64,000 nt of DNA. Origin: a virus. How positions within the stretch are numbered: the stretch's first letter is position 1; the number at the start of each line of letters is the position of its first letter. The notes under the pieces were generated by a model. That model saw nothing but the letters and a program-made list of their open reading frames with translations, did no database searches and was not told the origin of the DNA. Location: the IMG/VR virus record IMGVR_UViG_3300047564_001181, positions 31,187 through 95,186 of that record; one strand, written 5' to 3'. A program made the translations under genes and the position numbers. Positions 47,501 through 56,564 of the stretch are shown here, piece by piece.

Positions 47501-49086
47501 CCATCTACAACCTTTTGTAGAATGTCAAGAGCCTTCTGCATAATTGGTAGCAATGTTTCAGCTAGGTCAGCACCGACACGAATTAATTGTTCTTGTAATT
47601 GTTGTTGTGCTGCTGCAAGTCTTGTTGATGGTGCTCGCTCTTGAGCTTTTAATTCCGAATAAGCTTTCTTTGCAAGTTCATCTGCAGATGCATTCATAAG
47701 TTTTACCATGCCAATTGTCTGAGAGCCTTGCTGATTTAAGTTATCGAATAATGCAGAAATACGAGCAAACTGATACTTACCAAAGATTTGTTCAATAATT
47801 TTTGCTTTACCAAAATCATCTAGTCCTCGTAACTGGTCTTGGAAATCTAGAAGCATAGGCATAAGCTGACCTCTGTTTCGGTCAACTACTCCCTGTAGGT
47901 CAATGCCGAACTGTCTTGCCACCTCAATTGCTTGTTTTGTTGGAGATATAAGAGATGCCATACCAGACTTGATTGCGTTAGCACCTTCACCTGCTGCAAT
48001 ACCACCCTCACGCATTGCCGTCATAAGAATTGAAAGGTCTTTAATGTCACCACCTAGTGCCTGAATAACAGGACCAGTTTTAGGAATTGCTTCTACTAAA
48101 TCTTGTAGCGATGCAGATGTTTGGTTTTCAACTGCGTTTAAAAAGTCGATTGACTGAGCAAGTTCTCTTGAGCTTTGATTGAATGCTGTCTGAATAGATA
48201 GAGTTGCTTTCATAGCCTCTTGTCTATCAACTTCACCGAGAACCATCATACGAGTTGTTTGTGTGACGGCTGATGCAAGTTTTTGACCTTCTAGACCAGT
48301 TGCTGCTAAGTCTGCAGCAAGTGCCATAGTTTCTGAAGATGCAATACCATATTGCTTTGCAAACTCTGAGCCAAGAGTTCTAATTTGACCAATCATTTCA
48401 TCTGTGGCATTACCAACAGTTCCAGTTAGGTCAGAGCCGTATACTTTACGGAATCTTGTAATCTGTCTATCTACTTCAGAGAATGCTTTTAATGCCTGTG
48501 TAGAGAAAATAGCCATTGGAACGGTAAGACCAACAGTTAGCTGACGACCAGCCCATTGAGTATTTTTACCCCAGTTTACAAGTTCTGTTGCTCCACGATT
48601 TACAAGGTGGTTAAAAACCTCATATTGTTTATTTAATACTGCAATATTATTTGCAGCATTTCTCATATCTAATGCGTCTGGAGTAAGAAGAATACCTTTT
48701 CTTCTTCCTCCAACATCACCCATGCCAACTACGGCAGACTGTGCTCTTCTAACTTCTCTTTCAGCCAAGATTCTAGCTTTTGAATCTTTTCTATATGCTA
48801 CTGCTGCTTCTCTAAAGTACTCACGCATTGTGAGTTTGTTTTTCATTAACTGCTGACCGAAGCCTTCGGTTGCACCCGTTAGGTCAACAATTTGTGCTTT
48901 AAAACCAGCAAAGCCAGCTTGGGACGCAAATGTTGAGGCTGCGTCCATCTTAATGCTGGCTGCTGTTTTATTTAATTGTGCAAATGCTGAGTTTGCAGCA
49001 GTTGCTTCACGAACAAGGTTTTTAATGTCCTTTGTTACTTTGCTAAAATCACTGTCGTACCTAAATGTGGACCTGATATCAGCCAT
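41581..49086 (-). CDS. tape measure protein (TP901-type core) with internal effector-like insert
   Basis: Follows the tail chaperones; TMP core at about aa 170-600 ('LTVP', 'GEGANAIKS'), hydrophobic segments, coiled coils; ART-like insert at about aa 1175-1495. Confidence 0.92.
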   Translation of the reverse strand: MADIRSTFRYDSDFSKVTKDIKNLVREATAANSAFAQLNKTAASIKMDAASTFASQAGFAGFKAQIVDLTGATEGFGQQLMKNKLTMREYFREAAVAYRKDSKARILAEREVRRAQSAVVGMGDVGGRRKGILLTPDALDMRNAANNIAVLNKQYEVFNHLVNRGATELVNWGKNTQWAGRQLTVGLTVPMAIFSTQALKAFSEVDRQITRFRKVYGSDLTGTVGNATDEMIGQIRTLGSEFAKQYGIASSETMALAADLAATGLEGQKLASAVTQTTRMMVLGEVDRQEAMKATLSIQTAFNQSSRELAQSIDFLNAVENQTSASLQDLVEAIPKTGPVIQALGGDIKDLSILMTAMREGGIAAGEGANAIKSGMASLISPTKQAIEVARQFGIDLQGVVDRNRGQLMPMLLDFQDQLRGLDDFGKAKIIEQIFGKYQFARISALFDNLNQQGSQTIGMVKLMNASADELAKKAYSELKAQERAPSTRLAAAQQQLQEQLIRVGADLAETLLPIMQKALDILQKVVDGFNNLPTPIKNFAKILAGVAAVSGPILMLAGIFGNLIGNAMKFGMSIINLFKRITGSPVQQLQILTDEELAAKIAADQLTGAYNRQKTSVDLLNKSLSTYIANLRNAATVAPPGAVMPSSRGPRPIRRKDGGVIYAENGVDTGGKINGYGGGDKVPALLEKGEFVINKESSRRFAPILRSINDGTYGQYSNGLTERLTGTEEERRVFQEEYAKKGLKAKVSSAPKSYEQVFADLSRRGLLNQDEITALSHVYPDSAKTQSVSDRYKLGLSDGEVRHGVGVHRAHFMAGKNALDFSAQLPSSPTPTQAGYQRQLTASGFTADAHLPGMAFLNDYALITSAEGGGLNQLVESLGASSDDTFRTIADELNRSTGKSYDANSIRRIIRDTRPLVVNKELQSLFQDISESLLSRTDDNLLNALTNNRKNIGQLSGALVTFEQTKDIIDGRVSGTNPKSLLNGQLISAAHQAEISAAAEDIRKGATQIGSVLERGPLGQKQKSLIAKIVEPLTGRKLIYGKGLQALEDIFYSENELRQKYGSSVAVQKLQERQAKFAAAQGRNPNLSYDDWLTEERKRNLGRVGLRDLGQLDEIRYVGQSTLQKGVDTVVRAEYAAARGSQKQYLFSLSEKVLPIIRSIIRAKIPGMKNGGLVGGLMQILSRSEQKALPEATELLQKGFNINDWMKKIKLDADSVPIGKLSTQTVPKSDIELYIDALRKKQTGTMHDTQLFRGTSIDSAELQALKPGDIFEVPGTSSFSASQGTATTFASMHRIGAERRYTYGQKGLMEELGMGDVGAANWGTRVATTPAEEQLIMRSNRVFHARQYLSSRRQLADLQRQRQELEDALFPSQEGTLFGKQLEPFPYEVKKRKEALDEFDRKIRNARGSMDYSIERNQAERAKSRFLQNREPLIISIKTPRGTMTLPLTDIAGDKRFIEGMGVMSEAEHLLTNSRIRVTGKSTDPNGFSVLEGELIGAQKFNMGGPVLKYANGGKLPGFGGGDKVPALLEPGEFVINKDATKNNLGLLAQINGGMGNTQGYGKFAVGGLAKLFAGLTGSKAMMIGFGAISAATLPSIIEGIMTTGLDPMSALMLGLNLVGLKQGVGAGGLNLMGGLKAGRGISAAQKAQKAMMAKGMGQDAIQRQMQKQAMLKGGGGAGGALAQKMLGGGILKGIARVGLKAIPVVGTLATIYEIGNFIRDMKVEQWVNQIRDVYGEATEMAKVYNIELKKTGAALKENEKQTRSMGMAAAIVGRGQIEKDYAAAVTQDYGDAIERIKGLGTEQEKANTLTEVYTSLLTQGFDTTQAKEITAEIARQSMATEAFNSAWNTTLKGIKNAEDAMGVLVTSVQATIKNLGTAEEKATAFVGAYENLLRQSADNPIEFGVQTAQLINSQNLDPQSLRMGIEQSLGNMGYGPESAAADAFANLNLATESGRESAQLFMRALAAGIDPKDLNLPPIELEAKVNFNEASRQAKIDLDNQLRDYIKTQEDAMEKVNDIANGRIAALEKEKGALADAHESRMKQLDAEAEALQDRADLINDNTDEYIKLLEKEYKAEEFYNNQRQTSIDGLSSLAKGDLFGFVQSQIQQASDAQQFGREEAINQIEDTRDNAIKGIDAQLKANQKAANAAGEAADAQMDNIDKKIEKINIGRNKSLRGLQGLIDKSQEIIDMEVGEVTATDLQKLEDAAIEVAEIVPPKVKESVNASSKGLVEGFDTAIKNAATALADAYGLDQAAAQKLYAAVIGGFTATSGAGSNAQGILPPGFGTTTITVSGIGSVKQYQAQNGQVTGQQTSKFKKQFNPTSSTYSIYNSNGKMVASGITGDSWNGIPLSSMQFLNKGGMVMRFNKGSIVPGVGNTDTVPAMLTPGEFVVNKKATAANLSTLQAMNSGGRVGYNMGGMVGGRIGMQMGGKVPEYSMPESNSARVTSVMTSTTKVKNNNLNMPVNISVTSNDPQQAANLVVKEFRRVQRSMENRFRS

Positions 49087-49457
49087 TATGCACCAATAAG
49101 ACTATAGCCAGTTCCATCTATTTTGTCAAATCCAAACAGTGCAGCATTAGCAGCCTCCTGGTTTCCAGTGGCTTTTGCAATCGCTCTTGATTTAACTTCT
49201 TCAAATGTCACGGCTTTGTCTTGTTCTCCTTTATCATCTTTGTCGATGTCTACCCCTTGTAGAGCAGCCATAAACTTTTGTTGCCTATGCTCTTTCTTAT
49301 GAATAGCACTTAGCGTTGCCATAAGTTCTTGCATTGACAAACTTTCTTCCAGTTGTTCGTAGTCCTTCCAGTGTCCTAAAAGGAATACTTCGGATTCGTA
49401 GGTGGCTAGGTCTAGCTCAGACCAGCTTGTTCCAGAGCCACCTGAAGTTGGTTTGGG
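49086..49457 (-). CDS. tail assembly chaperone gpT moiety (expressed by -1 frameshift)
   Basis: The -1 frame is open from the CCCAAAC slippery site (49451-49457) through 'GSGTSWSELDLA..ESEVFLLGHWKDY..LE' to the stop at 49086. Confidence 0.8.
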   Translation of the reverse strand, partial: PKPTSGGSGTSWSELDLATYESEVFLLGHWKDYEQLEESLSMQELMATLSAIHKKEHRQQKFMAALQGVDIDKDDKGEQDKAVTFEEVKSRAIAKATGNQEAANAALFGFDKIDGTGYSLIGA

Positions 49458-49747
49458 TCATTCAGCTTAATATCCGCCCCCACCTCCAGAATCTTGTACA
49501 TGGTCTGAAGGTCTACAGAGTCTTCAAGAGTCTCTCTATCTTCAGAAAGTTTCGGTGCATACTGCTTCATAGCAATCTGCGTACATTCGACAAGAATCTC
49601 AAGGAATTCATCCTCATTAGAGATATCTTGAGTTTTTGACCAAGCTTTCATAACTTCTCTTAAGTTTTTAATGCTTAGTGGTTTTACTTCAATTGATGTG
49701 CCATCGAGCAGTTCTAGCTCAACGGACTCGTAGATTTTTGTTGCCAA
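49412..49747 (-). CDS. tail assembly chaperone gpG
   Basis: Between major tail and TMP genes; ends just past the slippery heptamer. Confidence 0.85.
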   Translation of the reverse strand: MATKIYESVELELLDGTSIEVKPLSIKNLREVMKAWSKTQDISNEDEFLEILVECTQIAMKQYAPKLSEDRETLEDSVDLQTMYKILEVGADIKLNDPNQLQVALEQAGLS

Positions 49748-49797
49748 AATTCCTCCTGTGTTATGTCTTAATTATAGCGTATTTTGTATATAAATGA

Positions 49798-49823
49798 GCA
49801 TAGCGGGCTGTTGCCCGCTATGC
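49798..49823 (-). terminator. intrinsic terminator-like hairpin after the major tail gene
   Basis: GCATAGCGGGC-AACA-GCCCGCTATGC (11-bp stem) followed by TCATTTAT. Confidence 0.75.
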
Positions 49824-49845
49824 CTATTAAGTTTTTATAGATTGA

Positions 49846-50553
49846 TTAAGCAGTGTAAACTCTGTCGATAATCTTTCCGTAGATTGCGTTACCATCGGTA
49901 GCTGTCTTAGAGCTTGATGGAAGAAGTCGGAAGCTAACTGGGAATACAGTAGCAGAATCTCTCTTAATACCAACACCTACAGTGTCCATTGAAAGAGCAC
50001 GGTAGCCGATGTAAAGACGCTCTGCTGCCTTTCCTGTTTCAGCAACTGTTAGTTGCTCTGGAGCTGGACCTGCAACAAGAATTGAACGCTCAATTGGAGT
50101 GTACCCTAGAGCACCACCGTTAATATTGAGTTCTTGAATTCTGTTACCGCTTGAAGCTGGTGTAGCAGCCTCCAAGTCAGTTGTTTTACCACCAATTGCG
50201 ATAAGCAGGTTTTCAAGTGTACCTTCAGTGAATGATGTGTTCAACATAACTCTCTGACCTTGCTTGAAAATACGAGCCACATCCAAAAGTTGGTCAACCT
50301 GTACTTCACCATATTCTGGTTCGAATGAAAGGTCTACACCTTCGGATGTGTATCCAACTGACTCCCAGTTGTCTCCGTTAACATAAGTACCAATTGTTGC
50401 TGAACCTTTATCTCCTGCTGAAGCAAGAGCTGTTGAAGCACCTGCCTGACCAGAAGTAGCGAAAATTGTATCTTCGTCTTTTTCAACATTGGTGGTAGCA
50501 CCTAGATATACAGCACCAGCACCAACGATAATATTTTTTGCATTATAAGCCAT
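49846..50553 (-). CDS. major tail protein
   Basis: 'NIIVGAG.VY', 'GYTS.G......P....V.VDQ'; position in module; strong AGGAGG RBS. Confidence 0.85.
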   Translation of the reverse strand: MAYNAKNIIVGAGAVYLGATTNVEKDEDTIFATSGQAGASTALASAGDKGSATIGTYVNGDNWESVGYTSEGVDLSFEPEYGEVQVDQLLDVARIFKQGQRVMLNTSFTEGTLENLLIAIGGKTTDLEAATPASSGNRIQELNINGGALGYTPIERSILVAGPAPEQLTVAETGKAAERLYIGYRALSMDTVGVGIKRDSATVFPVSFRLLPSSSKTATDGNAIYGKIIDRVYTA

Positions 50554-50627
50554 TTTGTTTTTTGCACCTCCTTCGTGCGTGAAATGTAAAGCGTTTCCTC
50601 ATCATAATGGTATCACGGATAGTCTTA

Positions 50628-51128
50628 TTATGAACGGGTGTAGTCGTAGCTCAGAACTAGGGTTGAGGCAAATCTAGGTGCAAATGACCGTTCTGTTTGC
50701 TTTAACTCCTGCATAACAAATAGGTCTTGAGAGCACTTTACGAACTTAAACTTAATTGAGTCATTGTTAATATGGCTATTTATTCCTCTGGCAGAGGTGT
50801 CAAATTTGTTAAGGTGGTCTTGAAGGAAGTTTTTAATAGCATAAAGTTTGTCTGGAGAGGGGGCTATAATGGTATAAATTGCCTTCTCACATTTGACCTC
50901 CCACATTTTCCCATAAGACTCTTCAAATAGGTAGTCGTATATGATAAAGGTCTTTCCTGTGTCTTCGCCTTGATTTTCATGAATAGGAAAGATTGGAATA
51001 TTGTCATAGTCATCTGGGTTAATAATACTGGTTGGCAAACCTGCAACTCCAGCAACATCTCCAGAGATTAAGTCCCATACATATTCATTAATCAAATTGA
51101 TTGGTAATACCCTATAATCTATTGGCAT
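50628..51128 (-). CDS. tail terminator-like protein
   Basis: Position immediately before the major tail gene; size. Confidence 0.55.
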   Translation of the reverse strand: MPIDYRVLPINLINEYVWDLISGDVAGVAGLPTSIINPDDYDNIPIFPIHENQGEDTGKTFIIYDYLFEESYGKMWEVKCEKAIYTIIAPSPDKLYAIKNFLQDHLNKFDTSARGINSHINNDSIKFKFVKCSQDLFVMQELKQTERSFAPRFASTLVLSYDYTRS

Positions 51129-51810
51129 TGCTTTCTACCTTTCCAGCTATTCCATATGCAGCCTGTGCAGCTTGTTGAGCATGTTGATTCACAGCACCAG
51201 CACTAATTCTTGAAGAAACCTTCATAGTCTCCTCTGAAATACCTTGTTCAATTGTATCATAAAAGCCTGAGTCTCTAAGTGCATTGTTTGGAAGTCTAGA
51301 CTTAAAGTATTCTTCAAATACTGCTCTAAATGAACCAGCAACATATGGACCTCCTGGGTTTTGTACATATGTAGACCTAGCAAAAATTTGTTCTCCATCA
51401 ATTTCAAACGCTAAGAACTCTGAACTTTTAGGAGTAATTACTAATGGCTGACCAGACTCCATTATGAATGCTTTCTTAACAAATACTTGTCCATTTTCAT
51501 TGGGAACTTTTGAGTCTGTAAAAGAATAAGAAATTGAGCCACCTTTAACCGTAGATTTAAATAATCTTCCAGACTTATTTCCAGTCATTCCAAATTCGTA
51601 TACATGGTGGTATCTATATGGGTCTATTTTTGATACTGCATCTAAATAAGACTCAAAGTATCTAGCAACTATTCTTGCACCAGATTCTTTTATTCTTCCA
51701 CCGACAATTCCTTCTTCAGAAATGTTTGTTAGTAAGCTTCCATGAAACTTAGCAAGAGCCATCATTTTTTCTGGCATAAGGTCTAATTGCCAACCTACCT
51801 TTTTTGCCAT
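51112..51810 (-). CDS. neck/tail-completion protein (putative)
   Basis: 'HHVYE.G..G...RLF', 'F..KA.IME.G', 'V.NPGG'; position in the head-tail region. Confidence 0.55.
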   Translation of the reverse strand: MAKKVGWQLDLMPEKMMALAKFHGSLLTNISEEGIVGGRIKESGARIVARYFESYLDAVSKIDPYRYHHVYEFGMTGNKSGRLFKSTVKGGSISYSFTDSKVPNENGQVFVKKAFIMESGQPLVITPKSSEFLAFEIDGEQIFARSTYVQNPGGPYVAGSFRAVFEEYFKSRLPNNALRDSGFYDTIEQGISEETMKVSSRISAGAVNQHAQQAAQAAYGIAGKVESNANRL

Positions 51811-52253
51811 TAGTCTACCTCAAGCGACTGAATCTCTTGTCTCTCCAACATTGTTTCATATTCAAGAACTCTTCCTGTGTGGTCAGTAATTGGTGTGCTA
51901 CCTCTTGGCTCAAAGATGGTTGCCCCGTTTAACCCTCCGTTTAGTTCTCCATATTGATTCTCTTGATAGATAACTTGAGAGTCATTACGAATAGCAACTA
52001 CTCTCATGTTTACATCAATTGGGTCTTTTGACTTAAGCTTAATTGTATTTTCTGGATAGTTGACATATTTGCTAGTAACAAAGTTAGCAGAGTTTGAGCC
52101 TGTAGATGTAGTAACAATACCACGAGCAAGGCAGTCAATTGTTTTGAGCTTTGTCCAAGTCTTCTCAACCGAATTTGTATATTCATTTCTGGTTGTAGTG
52201 GCTTGATAAATATCTGCCTTCATCACATATTTAGATGATGTTACGCAGGTCAT
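51810..52253 (-). CDS. head-to-tail stopper (putative)
   Basis: Size, position, beta-rich composition. Confidence 0.6.
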   Translation of the reverse strand: MTCVTSSKYVMKADIYQATTTRNEYTNSVEKTWTKLKTIDCLARGIVTTSTGSNSANFVTSKYVNYPENTIKLKSKDPIDVNMRVVAIRNDSQVIYQENQYGELNGGLNGATIFEPRGSTPITDHTGRVLEYETMLERQEIQSLEVD

Positions 52254-53215
52254 TAGATAGCGAACATCCTTATCGATTTAAACTCTGATATTAGAGAGTC
52301 AACTAAAAGGTTTCCAGTTCCAGAGAAAATAACATCATTAAATTCGATGTCAAATGAATCATTCTTTATGGACTTAAGACCTTTATTTCGGTATGACCAA
52401 TCATTGCACCTCATATCGTCTACAAGGATGATTGTAGCCTCTCTAATGGATTCTGGTACATTCTTCCACCCGTACTCTCCACGGACGCTGTAGATGCTTC
52501 CACGCTCGAAATAGCCAGGGTCTGCAAGGGCTGACATAGCTTTGCCTTCATCAAGGTTGTATCCTGGAAGTGATGGCTTAAGCTGAAGCTTGCTTTTTGT
52601 GACAACTAAAGTATAGTTAAGTAGGTCAATATCCTCTTGAGAGTCATAAACCACTTCGTCATCTTTTACAATCTTGTCATATGATTCAATTCTATACCCA
52701 TCTAGGTATAGTACATCTGTGTCTTCCCCAACTACTGAGATTGTCTTGTATTGAAGTCTAATCTTTTCATCAATCTTTGAATTAATGAACATTCTTGCTT
52801 GGCGTTCCCAACGCTCAAGAGTTGTACGCTTAACTTCTGAAGTAGTTGCTGGTGTTCCAGAAACAATCGTTAGTCCTAGTTCTTCTGCTAATTCGTCAGC
52901 AGTAACATATGGTCTTACTAAAGATATGTCTAAAAAGTCTGTTGTGTATGAGCCGTTAGAACCAACGCTAGAAACGCCACTTGGAGTTCCATAGTCTAGG
53001 ATTTCAATTCCAATTCTAAGTTTTCTATCGTATTTGCAAATGTCTGAAGAAAGTTCAAATGTCCAAGTATTTCCAGCAGCATCTGTTGCTTCATCAGCAA
53101 ACAATACTTCGTCTAGGTCGAGGTCGGTAATTGTATAGACAACAGAGTCTGTCGTTGCTGGTGCAGTATAGGTAATGATAAGTCCATCACCCTCGGTTGT
53201 CAAATACTCTTTCAT
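52253..53215 (-). CDS. head-to-tail adaptor
   Basis: 'YVT..EL', 'A...I', 'G.YGW..VP..I..A...L' adaptor pattern. Confidence 0.75.
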   Translation of the reverse strand: MKEYLTTEGDGLIITYTAPATTDSVVYTITDLDLDEVLFADEATDAAGNTWTFELSSDICKYDRKLRIGIEILDYGTPSGVSSVGSNGSYTTDFLDISLVRPYVTADELAEELGLTIVSGTPATTSEVKRTTLERWERQARMFINSKIDEKIRLQYKTISVVGEDTDVLYLDGYRIESYDKIVKDDEVVYDSQEDIDLLNYTLVVTKSKLQLKPSLPGYNLDEGKAMSALADPGYFERGSIYSVRGEYGWKNVPESIREATIILVDDMRCNDWSYRNKGLKSIKNDSFDIEFNDVIFSGTGNLLVDSLISEFKSIRMFAI

Positions 53216-53218
53216 GTC

Positions 53219-53623
53219 TTATACCTTGTAAAACGACTTCACTTCTTCTGGTGTAGCCACTCTTACTTCGTCCTTTCCTAGTCTTAAAATTTCTTCGGCT
53301 TTTTCTTTTGTAAAAACCATAAACGGTTCTTCCATTGTGAAATATGCCTTATTTGAGATGTTAAGTGCAGACCTTGGGTAAACCATCTTCAGAATAACTG
53401 ACTCTGCCTTTGTCTCATTTTTTACTTCTACTGGCTCTACTTTAGCAGATTCTGCTTCTTCATAGCCAAACTCGGTTTGTGTTGCCTTTTCATAATCTTC
53501 GTATGTAAATCCTGAATCATTGATTAAACTAATAATATCTGCTTTTTTGGTTGTGGTTTTTAAATCGATGTGTAAAATCTTACAAACAACTTTTAGTTCG
53601 TTAACTGTCATATTTTCAAACAT
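53219..53623 (-). CDS. hypothetical protein with Rho-N/HeH-like N-terminus
   Basis: 'MTV.ELK.......I......KKADII..I'. Confidence 0.6.
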   Translation of the reverse strand: MFENMTVNELKVVCKILHIDLKTTTKKADIISLINDSGFTYEDYEKATQTEFGYEEAESAKVEPVEVKNETKAESVILKMVYPRSALNISNKAYFTMEEPFMVFTKEKAEEILRLGKDEVRVATPEEVKSFYKV

Positions 53624-53667
53624 ATTTCCTCCTACCTAATTGTACTACAAAATGAAACAAAAACAGA

Positions 53668-53693
53668 GAGGGGCTACCAAATGGTAGCCCCTC
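53668..53693 (-). terminator. rho-independent terminator after the major capsid gene
   Basis: GAGGGGCTACC/GGTAGCCCCTC stem followed by TCTGTTTTTGTTT. Confidence 0.85.
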
Positions 53694-53709
53694 AAGTTTA
53701 CGCTTAAGA

Positions 53710-54759
53710 TTAAGCAGTAGGAACGCCGTATGCAATTGCAGATTTCTCTTCAAGTGCAACGCCCATACGAACGAATACAGTGTATTCTACTGTATCTTTC
53801 TTAGGCTTGAATTCACGGTGTACTGTGACATCTCTTTGGAAGCCCCAAATACGGTTCGAAGGAACTGTAAGGTCAACAAAGTTGTCTGGATACAATGGAA
53901 CTTCCAATACTGGAAGACCGAAGACCAGGTACTGAGCACCTGCAGGTCCACCAATTTGTGGGAGCTGACCATCGATTACACGCTGTGCAACAGCCTCTGG
54001 AACAGAGTTCATGTTGCGTAGGTCTTGTAGCAACTCTTGTAGGTGCTTGGAGTTCATGTAGAACTTCAAGTCCTGACGGCGAGCCTTGAATTTACGAGGC
54101 AATGCGTTGTAAATTGCTTCAAGAGCATCAAGTGTAAGTTTATCAGAGGAGTTATCTCCAGAGTCTGGAGTAGCTTCCCAAATGTCAGTCATTGTTGCAG
54201 CAGCAGCTGCAGCTTCGTGAGCACCTGTTACTGTTGCATCTTTTACCTGACGCACAAAACCTGCGAGTGTATTATCGTATGTACCGTTGCCTGAAGTCGC
54301 TGGGCGACCATTGATAGCAATGTCTTCCAAGTCGTTACCGAACTGGGTAGCCATGAGACGGACGATATGGTCCTCAAGGTTCTGTCCCTCAATGTTATCC
54401 TCAAGGGATTCAGTTGAGATTTCGTAGTCTAGTCGGAACTTAGTTGTTGTAAGTTCGACTTTAGTAAATGCTGGAGCTGAGTTTGAACCAGTATCTTCTG
54501 CCTGTGTAGCCTTTGCAACCAAACGGGAACCAACACGAACTTTATCAAGTTCCATTGTATTACCACGCATTGTTACACGGCGACCATCATTAGCCAATAC
54601 CATTTCATCAAAAATGTAATCAATGAACTGGCGTGATTGCTCTGGATTCAGAACACCACCAGCGTCATTAGAATTACCTTCTGCTGTCATAGCACCTGGG
54701 CTAGTAAGCGGAGAAAGAACTGTGCCACTAGCGGCAGCTTTTTCTAGAATATCGCTCAT
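53710..54759 (-). CDS. major capsid protein (HK97 fold)
   Basis: 'GG.LNPEQS..FID', 'E.LEDNIE', 'DLED.AING', 'G.PV..VP'; follows protease/scaffold; strong terminator after. Confidence 0.92.
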   Translation of the reverse strand: MSDILEKAAASGTVLSPLTSPGAMTAEGNSNDAGGVLNPEQSRQFIDYIFDEMVLANDGRRVTMRGNTMELDKVRVGSRLVAKATQAEDTGSNSAPAFTKVELTTTKFRLDYEISTESLEDNIEGQNLEDHIVRLMATQFGNDLEDIAINGRPATSGNGTYDNTLAGFVRQVKDATVTGAHEAAAAAATMTDIWEATPDSGDNSSDKLTLDALEAIYNALPRKFKARRQDLKFYMNSKHLQELLQDLRNMNSVPEAVAQRVIDGQLPQIGGPAGAQYLVFGLPVLEVPLYPDNFVDLTVPSNRIWGFQRDVTVHREFKPKKDTVEYTVFVRMGVALEEKSAIAYGVPTA

Positions 54760-54782
54760 TTTTATTTTTTCACCTCTCTTTT

Positions 54783-56531
54783 CTATTCAAAGATTTCTGC
54801 GGAACCGAGGAAACGCCCGCCCCACAACGATTTTCTCATTGTGGTAGTCTGTTTTGCTTCTGGAAGATTTTCAATCTCACCAGATTTGCGTACTGCTGTG
54901 TCATTCTCAACGGATTCCACTCTTCCGTTAAGGGCATCTAATGCTGCCTGTACTTCAGCTAACGCTTTGTTTAGTTGTTCGTGCTTTTCAGCTGTTGCTT
55001 TTGCAATGTCTGCTACTGATGTAGCGACTGTTGCAATTGCAATGTTATTAGCTTCTGCACTCTTTTCAAAAGACTCTGTGATAAATGTTTTAACACCCTC
55101 TAGTGCTTTTTCAACATCAACTCCAGCTGCCTCACCGTCTTCGGTGGAAGCGTCTGCAGGAACTTCGACAACCTCTTCGGCTGCTTCTTCTACAGCGTCT
55201 TCAGCTTCTTCAACAACTTCGTCAACAGTTTCAACAATTTCATCAGACTTTTCTACTGTCTCTTCTACTGCTTCTGCTTCTTCTACAACTTCAACCTCAA
55301 CTTGTGGGGTTTCAACTGCTTCTGTATTCTCTGTGTTTTCAGCCACTTCAACACCTCCTTTAATAAGTGGTTTGGCAACCTGAGTTGCCTTATCTGTCTC
55401 TTCGACAGAAACTTGTGTAAGAGACTTGACAACTTTTGCCGTCCATGCTCTTAATGTTTTCATTTTATGACCCACTCTTACTCCCGATGGTCTCCATTGT
55501 CCTTTGCTATCTTGTCGATATACTTCAATAACAACCGCAGGGTCTTCCTCTGTTCCAGTTACAGTTACGGAGGAGTTCGGTACATTAATTTTACCACGAG
55601 TTACTACTCTGGTCACCTTGCCTCTTGCGGTTCCACCAGATGAGTTCCATTGTACAAAATCTCCAGATGAAAATGCTGCTTTATTTAGTGGTTTTTCAAT
55701 AATTTTTGGAGATTCTTCTAAATCCTCTGTTTCAATTGTTCCAGGCATTGGCTTTGGGTATTTAGTTGGAGTATCTTCATTTGTGACTACTCCATCAGCC
55801 TTAGTAATATGACCATTAATCATTTTCCACATAGCCTTATCCATGTCTTCGCCTTCAACGATATCTAGCCAACCAATTGGAGATAGGTCTTTTTCACAAA
55901 CTAAGCAATCTCTTGTTTCAGAAAAATCTGTGTAGGCAAGTTGGTCAGTTTCGCACCAGAATACATTCTGAATGTCTGACTTATTAAAAATTGAAGAAGC
56001 AACACCATCTTTGTCCATTTTTTCAACGGAGAAAATGTTTGCTAGTTGGTTTGCTGGTGAATCTACCAAAGAAAGTTCTACAAGGTCATAATCTTTAATT
56101 ACTCTAACTGTTGAGTCGGATGTTGCATCGTAAGCCTTTTCAAAGTCTTTTACTGCTCCACCGATAGAAAATCCAGTTAGAGTGCCGTCAAGAACCATTT
56201 CCCACACCTCTTGAGCACCCTTTGAAATATAAGTATCAACATACACGCCACGATATTGCTTATTTGTGTTTTTATCGAAGAAAGTATCTGTTCTGAAATT
56301 AACCATTTTACCAGCTGGAATTGGCTGGTGCATTAATCTAACATTTCCACGAAAACGCTCGAAGGCTTTTTGTGAAGCTTCGGATGTAACAATATCACCT
56401 TGTCGGTCAACATTGTCAAGAGTTGCAAACCCTGAAACAAGTCGTTTTTCAGCATCCACCTTGGAGATAGGCATTGTCAGGGTGACATGGTTGCCGTCTG
56501 TTGCGAGATGTGCTTTGTTGATATCAATCAT
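54783..56531 (-). CDS. prohead protease-scaffold fusion with inserted HVA1-like domain
   Basis: 'V.GFAT....D...D', 'MH', 'GFSIGG', 'ELSLVD.PAN' (HK97-type protease); acidic coiled-coil scaffold at the C-terminus. Start may be 56531 or 56549. Confidence 0.9.
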   Translation of the reverse strand: MIDINKAHLATDGNHVTLTMPISKVDAEKRLVSGFATLDNVDRQGDIVTSEASQKAFERFRGNVRLMHQPIPAGKMVNFRTDTFFDKNTNKQYRGVYVDTYISKGAQEVWEMVLDGTLTGFSIGGAVKDFEKAYDATSDSTVRVIKDYDLVELSLVDSPANQLANIFSVEKMDKDGVASSIFNKSDIQNVFWCETDQLAYTDFSETRDCLVCEKDLSPIGWLDIVEGEDMDKAMWKMINGHITKADGVVTNEDTPTKYPKPMPGTIETEDLEESPKIIEKPLNKAAFSSGDFVQWNSSGGTARGKVTRVVTRGKINVPNSSVTVTGTEEDPAVVIEVYRQDSKGQWRPSGVRVGHKMKTLRAWTAKVVKSLTQVSVEETDKATQVAKPLIKGGVEVAENTENTEAVETPQVEVEVVEEAEAVEETVEKSDEIVETVDEVVEEAEDAVEEAAEEVVEVPADASTEDGEAAGVDVEKALEGVKTFITESFEKSAEANNIAIATVATSVADIAKATAEKHEQLNKALAEVQAALDALNGRVESVENDTAVRKSGEIENLPEAKQTTTMRKSLWGGRFLGSAEIFE

Positions 56532-56564
56532 TGCAGTTTTATTATACACCCTTATTATTTATTA

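Noticed and set aside
54841-55383. Ser/Thr-rich 180-aa plus-strand ORF
   Set aside because: Antisense mirror of the Glu/Val/Ala-rich scaffold region.
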